Made by a program: the position numbers and the translations under genes. A DNA stretch of 58,290 nucleotides from Rubrivivax sp. (GTDB lineage Bacteria > Pseudomonadota > Gammaproteobacteria > Burkholderiales > Burkholderiaceae_C): contig JBIQKU010000001.1 in NCBI GenBank assembly GCA_044506225.1, positions 1 through 58,290 on the forward strand. Reading direction: 5' to 3'. This document shows, piece after piece, positions 48,200-56,770 of this stretch (the first letter of the stretch is position 1; every line of letters starts with the position of its first letter). The notes beneath the pieces are model-generated. The model did not search any database and was not told the origin of the DNA. It was given only the letters and a program-made list of their open reading frames with translations.

Positions 48200-49099
48200 C
48201 TACCGGGTCTTGAGGGCGAAGAGCCCCTGTGGCCTGAGGTACAGCACGACGATCACCATCACCAGGATGCTGACCTTGGCCATCGAGCCACTCATCAGGT
48301 ACTCGAGCGCCGTCTGTGATTCGGCGATGACCAGGCCTGAAACCACGGTCCCGAGCAAGGTCTGGACACCGCCGAACACAACGACGATGAACGCGTCGAC
48401 GATGTAGAGCTGCCCGGTGCCGGGATTGGTCGAGCCGATCATCGTGAAGACGCACCCGGCGATCCCGGCCAGTCCCGAGCCGAGAGCGAAAGTCACGGCA
48501 TCCACCCGTTCGGTATTGATTCCGACCGCCGAGCTCATCGCCCGGTTCTGAGTGACAGCGCGCGTACGCAGGCCGAATCGCGTGCGATAGAGCAGCAGGT
48601 AGACGCCGATCGCGACCACCGCCGTCAAGGCGATGATGAACAGCCGGTTCAAGGGCAGCTGAATTCCTTCAACTGGCTCCCACGCGCCCACCAGCCAGGC
48701 TGCCAGCGGCACACTCACCTCTTGAGGGCCGAAGATCGAGCGATAGGCCTGCTGCATCATCAGGCTCAATCCCCACGTGGCGAGCAGCGTATCGAGCGGC
48801 CGGTTGTAGAAGTGTCTGATGAACCCGCGCTCGAGCACGTAGCCGAACGCAAACGTCACCGCGAACGCTGCCGGCACGGCCACGAACAGGTAGACAGCCA
48901 GCGCCTCCGGTGCCCACCGGGTGATTGCCTGCGCCGTGAGGTACGTGGTGTAGGCCCCGAGCGCCATCAACTCGCCGTGTGCCATGTTGATGACGCCCAT
49001 CAGGCCGAAGACGATGGCCAACCCCAACGCCATCAACAGGAGGACGGTGAAGAGACTGATGCCGCTGAAGGCCTGCATCACCGCGATATCGAAGGTCAT
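48200..49099 (-). CDS. urtB: Urt-type ABC transporter permease B (LivH-like)
   Basis: ORF 48200..49195 trimmed to MTFDIAVMQ (49099). VINMAHGE motif. Confidence 0.85.
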   Translation of the reverse strand: MTFDIAVMQAFSGISLFTVLLLMALGLAIVFGLMGVINMAHGELMALGAYTTYLTAQAITRWAPEALAVYLFVAVPAAFAVTFAFGYVLERGFIRHFYNRPLDTLLATWGLSLMMQQAYRSIFGPQEVSVPLAAWLVGAWEPVEGIQLPLNRLFIIALTAVVAIGVYLLLYRTRFGLRTRAVTQNRAMSSAVGINTERVDAVTFALGSGLAGIAGCVFTMIGSTNPGTGQLYIVDAFIVVVFGGVQTLLGTVVSGLVIAESQTALEYLMSGSMAKVSILVMVIVVLYLRPQGLFALKTR

Positions 49100-49127
49100 G
49101 GAAGGCTCCCGCTGCTCGTGTCGCGGC

Positions 49128-50303
49128 TCAGAGGGCGGGGAAGGGGTTCGGCTCGATCGATACCGGAGATTCCCAGACGATGTCGAACTGGCCATCGGGG
49201 CGTGCCCGGCCGACGCGAACCTTTTTCCACACGTGGTGGTTCGTTGCGTGGACCTTGACAGTGCCTTCCGGAGCGTCGAGTTGGATGTTCGCGGCCGCGG
49301 CGATCACCTTTTCGGGCTCGAAAGACCTGGCCTTCTCCGCGGCAAGCTTCCAGAGGTAGACGCTGTTGTACGCAACTTGCATCGGATCTCCAATGACGCG
49401 GTCTGCGCCGTATCGAGCCTTGAAAGCCTTGACGAAGCGCTCGTTCGCCGGGTTCTCGAGGTTCTGGAAGTACCCCATGCACGCGTAGTAGCCCACGGCG
49501 TTGTCCTTGCCGATGCCTTCGATCTCGTTTTCGGAGACCACGGTCGAGAGCAGCGTTACCTTGGTGCCATCGAGACCGGCAGCGCGCAGTTGCTTGTAGA
49601 ACGCGACGTTGGACCCACCGACCACTGTGCTGTAGATGCAGTCGGGTCGCGCGGCCTTGATCTTGTTGATGATCGAGGAGAACTCGGTGTGCCCCAGGGG
49701 CACGTATTCCTCGCCAGCCACCTGGGCGCTCAGCAAGGCGACGGTCTTGCGCGCGATCTTGTTGCAGGTGCGGGGATAGATGTAGTCTGAGCCGACGAAG
49801 AAGACGCTCTTATTCTTCTTCTCGTTGATCAGCCACTGCATCGATGCGACGACGGATTGCGTCGCCTCCTGCGAGGGATACAAGACGTGCTTGTTCTGTT
49901 CCTGGCCTTCGTAGTAGGTCGGATAGAGCAGCAGACCATTGGCTCGCGCGAGCGCCGGGAGCACGGCCTTTCGCGACGCCGAGGTGTAGCACCCGACAAT
50001 GGCCGCCACCTTGTCGCGCTCGAGAAGCTTGCGCGCCTTTTCGGCAAAAACGGAGTTCTCGCTTGCACCATCCTCGATGATGGCGTTGATGCGACTGCCA
50101 AGTACCCCGCCCGCGGCGTTGATCTCCTCGATGGCGAGCTTCTCCGCATCGACGATGGATGCCTCCGCGATCGCCAAGGTGCCGGACAACGAATGCAGCA
50201 AGCCGATCTTTACGTCGGACTGCGCCGATCCCAGTGTCGGCAGGGTGGAAATGGACAGGGCCGCACCTGCCTTGAGGACGGTACGACGTTGGATCGAGGT
50301 CAT
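49128..50303 (-). CDS. urtA: Urt/FmdD-type periplasmic urea/short-chain-amide binding protein (Tat signal)
   Basis: ORF 49128..50303 (391 aa). RRTVLKAGAA twin-Arg signal. IGLLHSLSGTLAI and EEINAAGGVLG blocks as in UrtA/FmdD. Substrate is likely amide, judged from context. Confidence 0.8.
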   Translation of the reverse strand: MTSIQRRTVLKAGAALSISTLPTLGSAQSDVKIGLLHSLSGTLAIAEASIVDAEKLAIEEINAAGGVLGSRINAIIEDGASENSVFAEKARKLLERDKVAAIVGCYTSASRKAVLPALARANGLLLYPTYYEGQEQNKHVLYPSQEATQSVVASMQWLINEKKNKSVFFVGSDYIYPRTCNKIARKTVALLSAQVAGEEYVPLGHTEFSSIINKIKAARPDCIYSTVVGGSNVAFYKQLRAAGLDGTKVTLLSTVVSENEIEGIGKDNAVGYYACMGYFQNLENPANERFVKAFKARYGADRVIGDPMQVAYNSVYLWKLAAEKARSFEPEKVIAAAANIQLDAPEGTVKVHATNHHVWKKVRVGRARPDGQFDIVWESPVSIEPNPFPAL

Positions 50304-50391
50304 GAGGTTCTCCTGGTGGATTGCTTGAATGCGTCAGAACCTTCAGTTCTGCCTGGGTCGCTCACTCGATTTGAAGCACAGAAAACCGAGC

Positions 50392-50432
50392 AAAAAAAAG
50401 AGCCCAGCCCCGGACATCCGGGTTTGGGCTCT
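50392..50432 (-). terminator. Rho-independent terminator inside the 5' leader of the transporter-amiE operon (candidate AmiR-controlled attenuator)
   Basis: Minus strand: AGAGCCCAaaCCCGG-atgt-CCGGGgcTGGGCTCT followed by T8. Located 89-129 nt upstream of the urtA-like ATG (50303). Confidence 0.8.
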
Positions 50433-50859
50433 CTTGCCTTTGCATCGAACTGGCAGCCTTTGGCAGCCGATGCGCAACTTGTCTGAAACTGCCGCCAGCG
50501 GGTGGCAGTGAGACCGTGTTGTATCACCTAGCGTCTGGGTTGAATATAGGGTTACCGCGAATCACCGGAGATTGTCAGAAGCGGTTCGGCGTCCAGGTGC
50601 ATGAACCATCAACACAGCCCGCCAAGCCTCATCATCCCCAGCATCGTCGCGCGTACTGAGGCAGCCTTTGTCGTTGTCCGCCCTACCCGGCCGGTGGTGG
50701 ATCGCGTCTCCTGTGCCAACGATCAGAAGCACACAACTCTCAGCGATAGGGAGCACGAAACCGAGAGACGATGAGACCGGTTTGTATCGCCTTTCGTCGA
50801 GCTTGAACACAGGGCTCATCACAAGAGTTGGGTGCGTTCTGGTGCATGCATGCACCAAC

Positions 50860-51640
50860 ATCAACACTGAATGCACGTTCTTCGTCACCTCCAACGGTTT
50901 CCATGGCGGCGAATGCCTCGTCGATGCGTTCGAGGGCCGCCGTGCACTGACCATGGCGTCAAGATCGAGGCGGCCTTGCCGGTACAGGTCGAGGTAGTGC
51001 GGCATGTCGAGCCGGAAGCGGTTCGAGCCCATGAAGGATCCGGTCACGCGGCGCTCGCTCAGCAGCCCTCTCGCATCGATCTTCAGTTCCTAGCCGGCCC
51101 GAACCGCGCCGACGAGGACCGCCAGCCCGCGCGGCGGGAGGCTGGCGAAGCACTGGGACAGCAGGTCGACGTGGCCGACGGCGTCGAAGGCGTAGTCAAC
51201 GCCTTCGCCGGTGAGATCGATCAGGGCGCCCACCGGCTCGTCGGCGGCGGACAGGATGGTGCGCGTTGCACCGAATCGGCGCGCGGCCTCGAGCTTGGCC
51301 GGCACGATGTCCACCGCGATGATCTGGCGGGCACCGGCCAGCCTCGCGCCCTGGATGATCGATGCCCCGACGCCGCCGCAGCCGAAGACCGCCACGCGCG
51401 ATCCCGGCTTGACCTTGGCGGTGTTCAGCGCCGCACCCATGCCGGCGAGCACGGTACAACCGAGCAGCGCCGCCCGGTCGAGTGGAATGTCCTTCTCGAT
51501 GCGCACCAGTGCCCGCTCGACACCAGCATGTACTGGGCGAGGGCGCCCAGGTCCGAGAACGGAAGGACCTTGGCACCGTCCTGACCGAGCCGAGACCGTG
51601 CGCCACGAGGACGGCGCGAGGGTGCGCGGTTCATGCAGAG
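50860..51640 (-). pseudogene. Degraded Zn-dependent alcohol dehydrogenase (MDR family), 5'-truncated
   Basis: The Rossmann part (VAVFGCGGVGASIIQGARLAGA..IIAVD) ends at an in-frame TAG (51090-51092). Homology continues in frame (GSFMGSNRFRLDMPHYLDLYRQGRLDLD). There are frameshifts near 51520 and 50940, and the N-terminal ~140 aa are missing. Confidence 0.75.
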
Positions 51641-51660
51641 GTGGACGAGCCGCTGGTGCG

Positions 51661-51825
51661 GTGAAAGCGACTCGCGCGGCGAGCGGGGTGAAGCGCCGCA
51701 AGAAGAAGCCACCAGTCAAGTTCAAGGACGACGCGGGCGATCGGTGGACGAGGCGCGGCTTGCAGCCGCACTGGCTACGCGATGCACTCGCAGCCGGCAA
51801 GAAACTGGACGACTTTCGCGCCTGA
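51661..51825 (+). pseudogene. Fragment encoding only the C-terminal DNA-binding domain of an H-NS-like protein
   Basis: End of ORF 51211..51825: KKKPPVKFKDDAGDRWTRRGLQPHWLRDALAAGKKLDDFRA matches the H-NS/Bv3F C-terminal motif (W.GRG..P.W). No oligomerisation domain lies upstream, and the fragment abuts the ADH pseudogene. Confidence 0.6.
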
Positions 51826-51951
51826 ACGTGTCCGGCACAAGATGAACGGTGTATTGAATCTGCGCGCGGCGGTGCGGTAGGCGCTGAACGCCGCCGCACC
51901 GCCCGCACCGCCCGCGTCGCTGACTCCGCCTTCCGCCTCTCGCGGCTGTAG

Positions 51952-52449
51952 TCACTGATAGGCGCCGCTTTCGAGAGCGCCAAGCAGCCGCGAGACCAGC
52001 CGAGCGCCTGTCGGAGTGGCGATCAACTCGGCGGGCCTTCTTCCACCCAGCGCCGGCTGGCGCACTTCTATCCAGCGCCCCAACCACTTCGCGACGTCAA
52101 GGTCTGCAGCCTCGGCTGAGGTCGAGCATTGATTGATTTCCTGAGCTCTCAACAGCAGATCGATGAAAGCCAATGCCGCATGGCCGGGCGATCCGGCAAC
52201 ACGCCCTTCCCTGTCGCCCGGCGCCGTACTCGTCCGGGGCAGTTCGAGGATTTTGAGAAGGTGAGCGGCAGATATGCCGAGCCGCGCGGCGAAGCCCCTG
52301 AGAAAGGGCAGCGTCACGCCCCGCCGCTCGAGCTCGATCCGTTCAATCGGCGTGGCCTCGGCGACGCGTCGCAAGAAGACATCGATCTCCTCGTCTGCTG
52401 CCGTGTCGCTCGAAGCACCACCGGCTTGCTTCATGCTGCGCGTTCTCAT
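51952..52449 (-). CDS. Xre-like/DUF2384 (MbcA/ParS-type) antitoxin-like protein
   Basis: ORF 51952..52449 (165 aa). The C-terminus, W...W...PALGGRRPAELIATPTGARLVSRLLGALESGAY, is the DUF2384 signature. No RES-domain partner lies downstream. Confidence 0.75.
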   Translation of the reverse strand: MRTRSMKQAGGASSDTAADEEIDVFLRRVAEATPIERIELERRGVTLPFLRGFAARLGISAAHLLKILELPRTSTAPGDREGRVAGSPGHAALAFIDLLLRAQEINQCSTSAEAADLDVAKWLGRWIEVRQPALGGRRPAELIATPTGARLVSRLLGALESGAYQ

Positions 52450-52464
52450 CGATACCGGGCCCGT

Positions 52465-53688
52465 TCAGTGCAGCTTCGGCCCGTCATCAGTCAGCACCCC
52501 GATCTCGTCGCACACCTGCGCCTCGGTGATCACCTCGCGGCTGTCGCGAACGGCCGCCGCCACGGCCTTCTCTACCGTGCGCAAGATCAGCCGCGGGCTC
52601 AGGTGTGCCAGCACATAGATGGCCTGCCGCTCGAACCTCACCCGCTCCCGAAGCCCCAGCCGTTCCAGCACCGAACTCACGATCTGCGAGGCGACTTGCA
52701 CGGACTGCTCCGGTGACGGCGGCGCAACGGTGAAAATCTCCATGCGGCTGAGCAACGGCGCTTGCATCCCGCGGATGCTGTTGGCCGTGGCAATGTAGGT
52801 GGTCAGGCTCGCATCGAGCTCGATCTCGGTGGAAGCGTCGACGGTATGCCGGGCGTTCTGCGGCTCCAGCGCCCCGTGCAACTGCCCCAGCGGGTCGCCC
52901 CGCCGTCCGCTGTCGCTGGCCGCCTTGTCGAGCTCGTCCAGCAGGATCACCGGGTTGGCGGCATCCCCCAGCGCGATCAGCTTGAACAACAGCCCCGACT
53001 CGCTGTTGCTCCAGTGCTTGTCCGAACCGCGCAGCTGTGTGCCGGCGCTCGGCTGGTCGAATGCGATGGAGGCGTACGGAGCGCCGAGCAATTGCGCGAG
53101 CCGATGGCTGAACAACGTCTTGCCGATGCCCGGCGGCCCGAGCAGCAGCATGGGCGGGATGCGTACCGGCACGTTCGTCGCCTCGGCCACCGCGAGCGAG
53201 TTGCGGATAAGCCGGACGGGGCCGCTGAAGTTCGGCAGTTCTGCCTCGAGCGTGTCCAGCGCTTCGCTGGCATTGTCCGGGCGCGCGACGCGCCGGTCCG
53301 GGCCTAGCTTGACGAGACGCTCGCGCAGCAGGCGCTGGCGCTCACGCGTGTCGTGGTCGGCGCTGCCGATCTTTACGTCCTCGTCGGACCATTCGCCGAT
53401 CTGCTCGGCGAACCGAGGAAGGACGCGGTAGAACCCCTGCTTCGGCTCGGACGGACCATCGATCACGCCAACCCGGGTGCCGTTTCGCACGTCCGCGGAT
53501 TTGGCGGCCTTGCGCTCCTTGCGGCGCTGCCTGGCCCGCTCTTGCGCTTGCCTCGCGCGTTCCCGCTGCGTCTCGTCCGCCATCATGTCGTCCGCCACGT
53601 CCTGTGGAACGGCGATCGTGTGACCGGACACGGTACGCACCAGCGTATAGCCGGCCGGCAGCCGACCCGAGTCGCGACGCACCGTCAT
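52465..53688 (-). CDS. Lon-like AAA+ ATPase lacking a protease domain, with a unique ~185-aa N-terminal region
   Basis: ORF 52465..53715 trimmed to MTVRRD (ATG 53688, ATGA overlap with the upstream stop). Walker A GPPGIGKT (53116-53139), Walker B ILLDELDK. Lon-type blocks RGDPLGQLHGALEPQN, ATANS, PLLSRMEIF. Confidence 0.75.
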   Translation of the reverse strand: MTVRRDSGRLPAGYTLVRTVSGHTIAVPQDVADDMMADETQRERARQAQERARQRRKERKAAKSADVRNGTRVGVIDGPSEPKQGFYRVLPRFAEQIGEWSDEDVKIGSADHDTRERQRLLRERLVKLGPDRRVARPDNASEALDTLEAELPNFSGPVRLIRNSLAVAEATNVPVRIPPMLLLGPPGIGKTLFSHRLAQLLGAPYASIAFDQPSAGTQLRGSDKHWSNSESGLLFKLIALGDAANPVILLDELDKAASDSGRRGDPLGQLHGALEPQNARHTVDASTEIELDASLTTYIATANSIRGMQAPLLSRMEIFTVAPPSPEQSVQVASQIVSSVLERLGLRERVRFERQAIYVLAHLSPRLILRTVEKAVAAAVRDSREVITEAQVCDEIGVLTDDGPKLH

Positions 53689-54884
53689 GCCGAGGCTCCA
53701 TGGCGCGTATCGCACTCTGGAGCGAACCAGGATGCGCTCACGGCCTGGCGCACGGCGATGCGAAGGCGCTGCAGACGCCGCCCCCGACCGGTGCTGGTGT
53801 CAGGTGGCGCCTTCTCGAGGAGAGCCTGCAGCTCACCCGCCACGGCGGGCGCAACCCGTTCGAGCCGCTGGAGCGCCTGAGATAAGCGCGGCAGTGTGCC
53901 GGCATGTGGCTCGAGTCCGCCCACGCTGCGCGGGGCGTCCGCCGACAGGCGCCGATCGCCGACCTTGCCCAGGTCGAACAGCAGCGCGGCTACGGTCGCG
54001 AGATCTCGCTCGTGCTCGGAGGCATGGCATTGTGCGTAGGCAATCTCCGCGGCGCAAACGCTCTGGTCGAAGAGCCCACCGGGGTAGCCATGGTGGTCGG
54101 CAGCGCCGATGCGCCACAGGAACCGTCGCTGCAGCCGGCTGTCGACCATCGCGGCGATGAAGGCCGCTTGCAATTCGGGCGCCAGGCGACTCAGCAGCGT
54201 GCGTAGGCGGGCTTGGTGAGCAAGTCGCACATGAGCCACGACGGGCGCCCAGGCGGCGTCGCCCTGCTGCAGCAGTTGGGGCGCGGCTGGCTGGATCGAG
54301 AAGACGCTCGGGTGTGACCGGTCCTTGTCGAATGCGCGACGCAAGCGGACATGGACCCAGTCGCCTTCTGCGAGGTCGCCGAGCTGGTCGCGATTCAGGC
54401 GGACGGTCAGACGCCCGATGGACAACTGCAGCGCGCACTCCATGCGCCCGGCCCAGCCGAGTTCGATGCGCTCGATCCGCCCGAGTACGTTGGTCACCGG
54501 GCCGCGCGGCAAGACGTCGGTGAGATCGGGGGCCTTGGCCGTCGTCTCGGGAAGGTACGGAAAGCTCTTCACGGTCGGGCGCACGGGAGGCTTGACCGCC
54601 GGCGGCCGCGCACCCTCTTCCACGACGGTGCGGCAGCAAAGCAGCTGCCACCGATGCGTGGCATCGGGCGCTGCGTGCTTGAGGCGCAGCAAAACGGCGC
54701 TCACCTGCGCGCCGGGCGCGAGATGCGGCAGATGAACATCCGCGAAGTCGCTAAGCGCATGCAGCTCACCGTCGGCGGTGTCGAGCACGCACGCGACATG
54801 ACCGAGAGGGGTCAGCGAGGCCGAGACGACCCGGCCGGTGACGGTGCGAACGCGCTGGCTTTGGGGCACATCGTGGAGGGACAT
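53685..54884 (-). CDS. Protein with two OB-fold-like segments and a degenerate HD-type domain (YhaM / TraI_2-like)
   Basis: ORF 53685..54962 trimmed to MSLHDVP (ATG 54884, GGAG upstream). HHGYPGGLFDQS (54060-54095) and LLFDLGK (53964-53984) parallel the HH..GGL..H(S/T) and LLHD.GK motifs, but the second His and the HD His are replaced. Confidence 0.6.
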   Translation of the reverse strand: MSLHDVPQSQRVRTVTGRVVSASLTPLGHVACVLDTADGELHALSDFADVHLPHLAPGAQVSAVLLRLKHAAPDATHRWQLLCCRTVVEEGARPPAVKPPVRPTVKSFPYLPETTAKAPDLTDVLPRGPVTNVLGRIERIELGWAGRMECALQLSIGRLTVRLNRDQLGDLAEGDWVHVRLRRAFDKDRSHPSVFSIQPAAPQLLQQGDAAWAPVVAHVRLAHQARLRTLLSRLAPELQAAFIAAMVDSRLQRRFLWRIGAADHHGYPGGLFDQSVCAAEIAYAQCHASEHERDLATVAALLFDLGKVGDRRLSADAPRSVGGLEPHAGTLPRLSQALQRLERVAPAVAGELQALLEKAPPDTSTGRGRRLQRLRIAVRQAVSASWFAPECDTRHGASA

Positions 54885-55029
54885 GTGAATCTCCTGGTGT
54901 CGTGGCAGGGCGAATGCCGTCCTGCCTGACCGCTTGGCGGCCGTGGCATGTATCGAAGGCAAAGCCGATCCCTACGGCCTCAACCAAGTGGTCGGGCCGC
55001 TGTGTGATCTGGCAGAGGAAAAGTGGCGG

Positions 55030-56361
55030 CTAGTGGCTCAGCTCGAGCTGCCGCAGCAGGCTGGGCGGTGGCTGGGCGGACGGCGGGGGGCCGGCGTCAT
55101 CGGCTGAGCGCGCCGGGACGGTGGTGAGGGGCGTCGGTGCAGAGGCCAGCGCCGCCCCGCTCGCAAAGCGCGTCGCCAGCAACCGGTCGATGGCCGAGCC
55201 GTCCTGGCGAGTGAGGTTGGGCACGTAGCGGCTGTAGACCCGAAACAGCATCTCGGTGCTCGTGTGGCCAAGCTGACGTGCGATCCACTCGGGCGCCTCA
55301 CCGGACGCCAGCCACAGCGTGGCTGCGGTGTGGCGCATCTGATAGGGCCGCCGGGGCTTCAAGCCGAGGTGGCGCAGCAGCGGGTTCCACACGCGGTCGG
55401 TGAAGTTCTTGTTGTCCAGCGGCTTGCCCTCTCGGTTGCAGAAGACGTAGTCACTGAGCTTGGCGGTGGCTGTGTGTTGGCGCCGCAGCGCCTCGAACAC
55501 CACCTGGTTCATGCGGATCTCGCGCTGGGAGCCGTCGGTCTTGGTGTACTCGTCCTCGCCGAGCACGAAGGTTTCGCGCACAAGGATCAGACGGTTGGCG
55601 AAGTCGACGTACTTCCACTTCAGACCATGGATCTCGCCGGTGCGCATGCCGGTGAAGAACCTCACGGTGAAGTAGTCGCGATAGTCCACACGCACGGTGC
55701 GCAGCATGAGTTGCACCTCGTCAAGGGTGAAGGGCTCGACATCGGTCTTGCGCACGCGCAGGGGTTTCAGCGTAAGCACCGGTGAGGTGAAACCGTAGCG
55801 GTCGGCGGCTTCGTTGAGGATCTGGCGCAGCGGGGCGAGGATGCCGTTGATGCGTTTGGTCGACAGGCCAGTGCGTTGTCCTCGGCCGGGCAATGCGGCA
55901 AGCTTGGTGCGGAACGCGAGTACGTCTGCCTTGGTGATGCTGCCCACGGGCTTGGCGCCGAAGAACGGCGTCAGGTGAGCGTCGATGGTGGAGCGCAGCA
56001 CCTTGATGTGGGAGCGGCGCCATTCGATTTCGTGGTCGGCGAACCACTGGGCAGAGAACTCATAGAACGACGGCGTGCTTGGCGCCACCTCTGCGGTAGC
56101 AACAGGAGCCGCAGTGACGCGTGACTCCGTTGCAGCTTGATCCACGCTCGCAGCCGACGCAGGCTTTCCGTTTGGGAAGTACGCGGCATAGTCGAATGTG
56201 CCGGCCAAAATTTCCCTCTCAACCTTGTCGAGGACCTTTTGCAGGCGCTTCCGGTTGGCCTCCGTGTCAGGCAACAGGGTCTGCTCACGGCAGCGCTGAC
56301 CGCGATACCGGAAATCCATGAAGAGGAAGCCGCTCTCTTTGCGGCAGCGGATGCTACCCAT
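55030..56361 (-). CDS. int: Tyrosine integrase with N-terminal arm-binding (DUF3596-type) domain
   Basis: ORF 55030..56394 trimmed to MGSIRCRK. FLFMDFRYRGQRCREQT N-terminus. Catalytic TGMRTGE, HQMRHTAAT, LGHTSTEMLFRVYSRY. Confidence 0.9.
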   Translation of the reverse strand: MGSIRCRKESGFLFMDFRYRGQRCREQTLLPDTEANRKRLQKVLDKVEREILAGTFDYAAYFPNGKPASAASVDQAATESRVTAAPVATAEVAPSTPSFYEFSAQWFADHEIEWRRSHIKVLRSTIDAHLTPFFGAKPVGSITKADVLAFRTKLAALPGRGQRTGLSTKRINGILAPLRQILNEAADRYGFTSPVLTLKPLRVRKTDVEPFTLDEVQLMLRTVRVDYRDYFTVRFFTGMRTGEIHGLKWKYVDFANRLILVRETFVLGEDEYTKTDGSQREIRMNQVVFEALRRQHTATAKLSDYVFCNREGKPLDNKNFTDRVWNPLLRHLGLKPRRPYQMRHTAATLWLASGEAPEWIARQLGHTSTEMLFRVYSRYVPNLTRQDGSAIDRLLATRFASGAALASAPTPLTTVPARSADDAGPPPSAQPPPSLLRQLELSH

Positions 56362-56593
56362 GGAGAACGACTCCGCTCGCCATCGGAATCGCATGGGCCT
56401 TGACGTGAGACACGGACGCCATGTCGCGCTCGATGTTCTCCCAGATGTACAGGATCTTGCGGCCGCCGAACGGGCGAACGTAGTGCTCGCCTTCGAGCAA
56501 TACGCTGTCCTTGAGACGCTCGCGGATCGTCCGCTGGTCGTACTTGATGCGAGCGGACAGCTCGTCGGTGGTCAGGTAAGTGACATCGGGCAC
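56354..56593 (-). CDS. Small excisionase-like / DNA-binding protein upstream of int
   Basis: ORF 56354..56638. GTG 56593 follows AAGGAG by 6 nt. The 79 aa (YLTTDELSARIKYDQRTIRERLKD) are HTH-like. The 3' end overlaps the int start by 8 nt. Confidence 0.55.
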   Translation of the reverse strand: MPDVTYLTTDELSARIKYDQRTIRERLKDSVLLEGEHYVRPFGGRKILYIWENIERDMASVSHVKAHAIPMASGVVLHG

Positions 56594-56658
56594 TTCTCTC
56601 TCCTTGACAGACGTGGAACAATCACCGAAGCAAAACATCCTGCAAACAGTCGTTTTGT

Positions 56659-56722
56659 CGTTCTGGATGACATTATGCGCCGCTAAATGTTATTGTCAAG
56701 GGCATTTTGGCGTTCTGGATGA
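56659..56722. promoter_or_regulatory. Two direct repeats CGTTCTGGATGA spaced 52 bp apart in the divergent xis-int / XRE promoter region
   Basis: Copies at 56659-56670 and 56711-56722, both followed by (C/A)ATT. The local sequence is AT-rich relative to its surroundings. Confidence 0.55.
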
Positions 56723-56770
56723 AATTTCTTCCTGGAGAAGATCCTGATCAAGTGCCACCTCTCACGACTG

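Noticed and set aside
50841-50856. 16-bp perfect palindrome GGTGCATGCATGCACC as a regulatory site
   Set aside because: It is real in the sequence, but it lies inside decayed ADH-derived DNA with no adjacent promoter or gene, so no function can be supported.
51826-51951. Search for the RES-domain toxin expected downstream of the DUF2384 gene
   Set aside because: Only 126 nt of non-coding sequence separate it from the H-NS stub, with no ORF. The partner is absent or deleted.
56659-56722. Shared CTGGATG between these repeats and 22416-22422 as attL/attR cores
   Set aside because: Only 7 identical bases with weak flanking similarity, which is not above chance in 58 kb.
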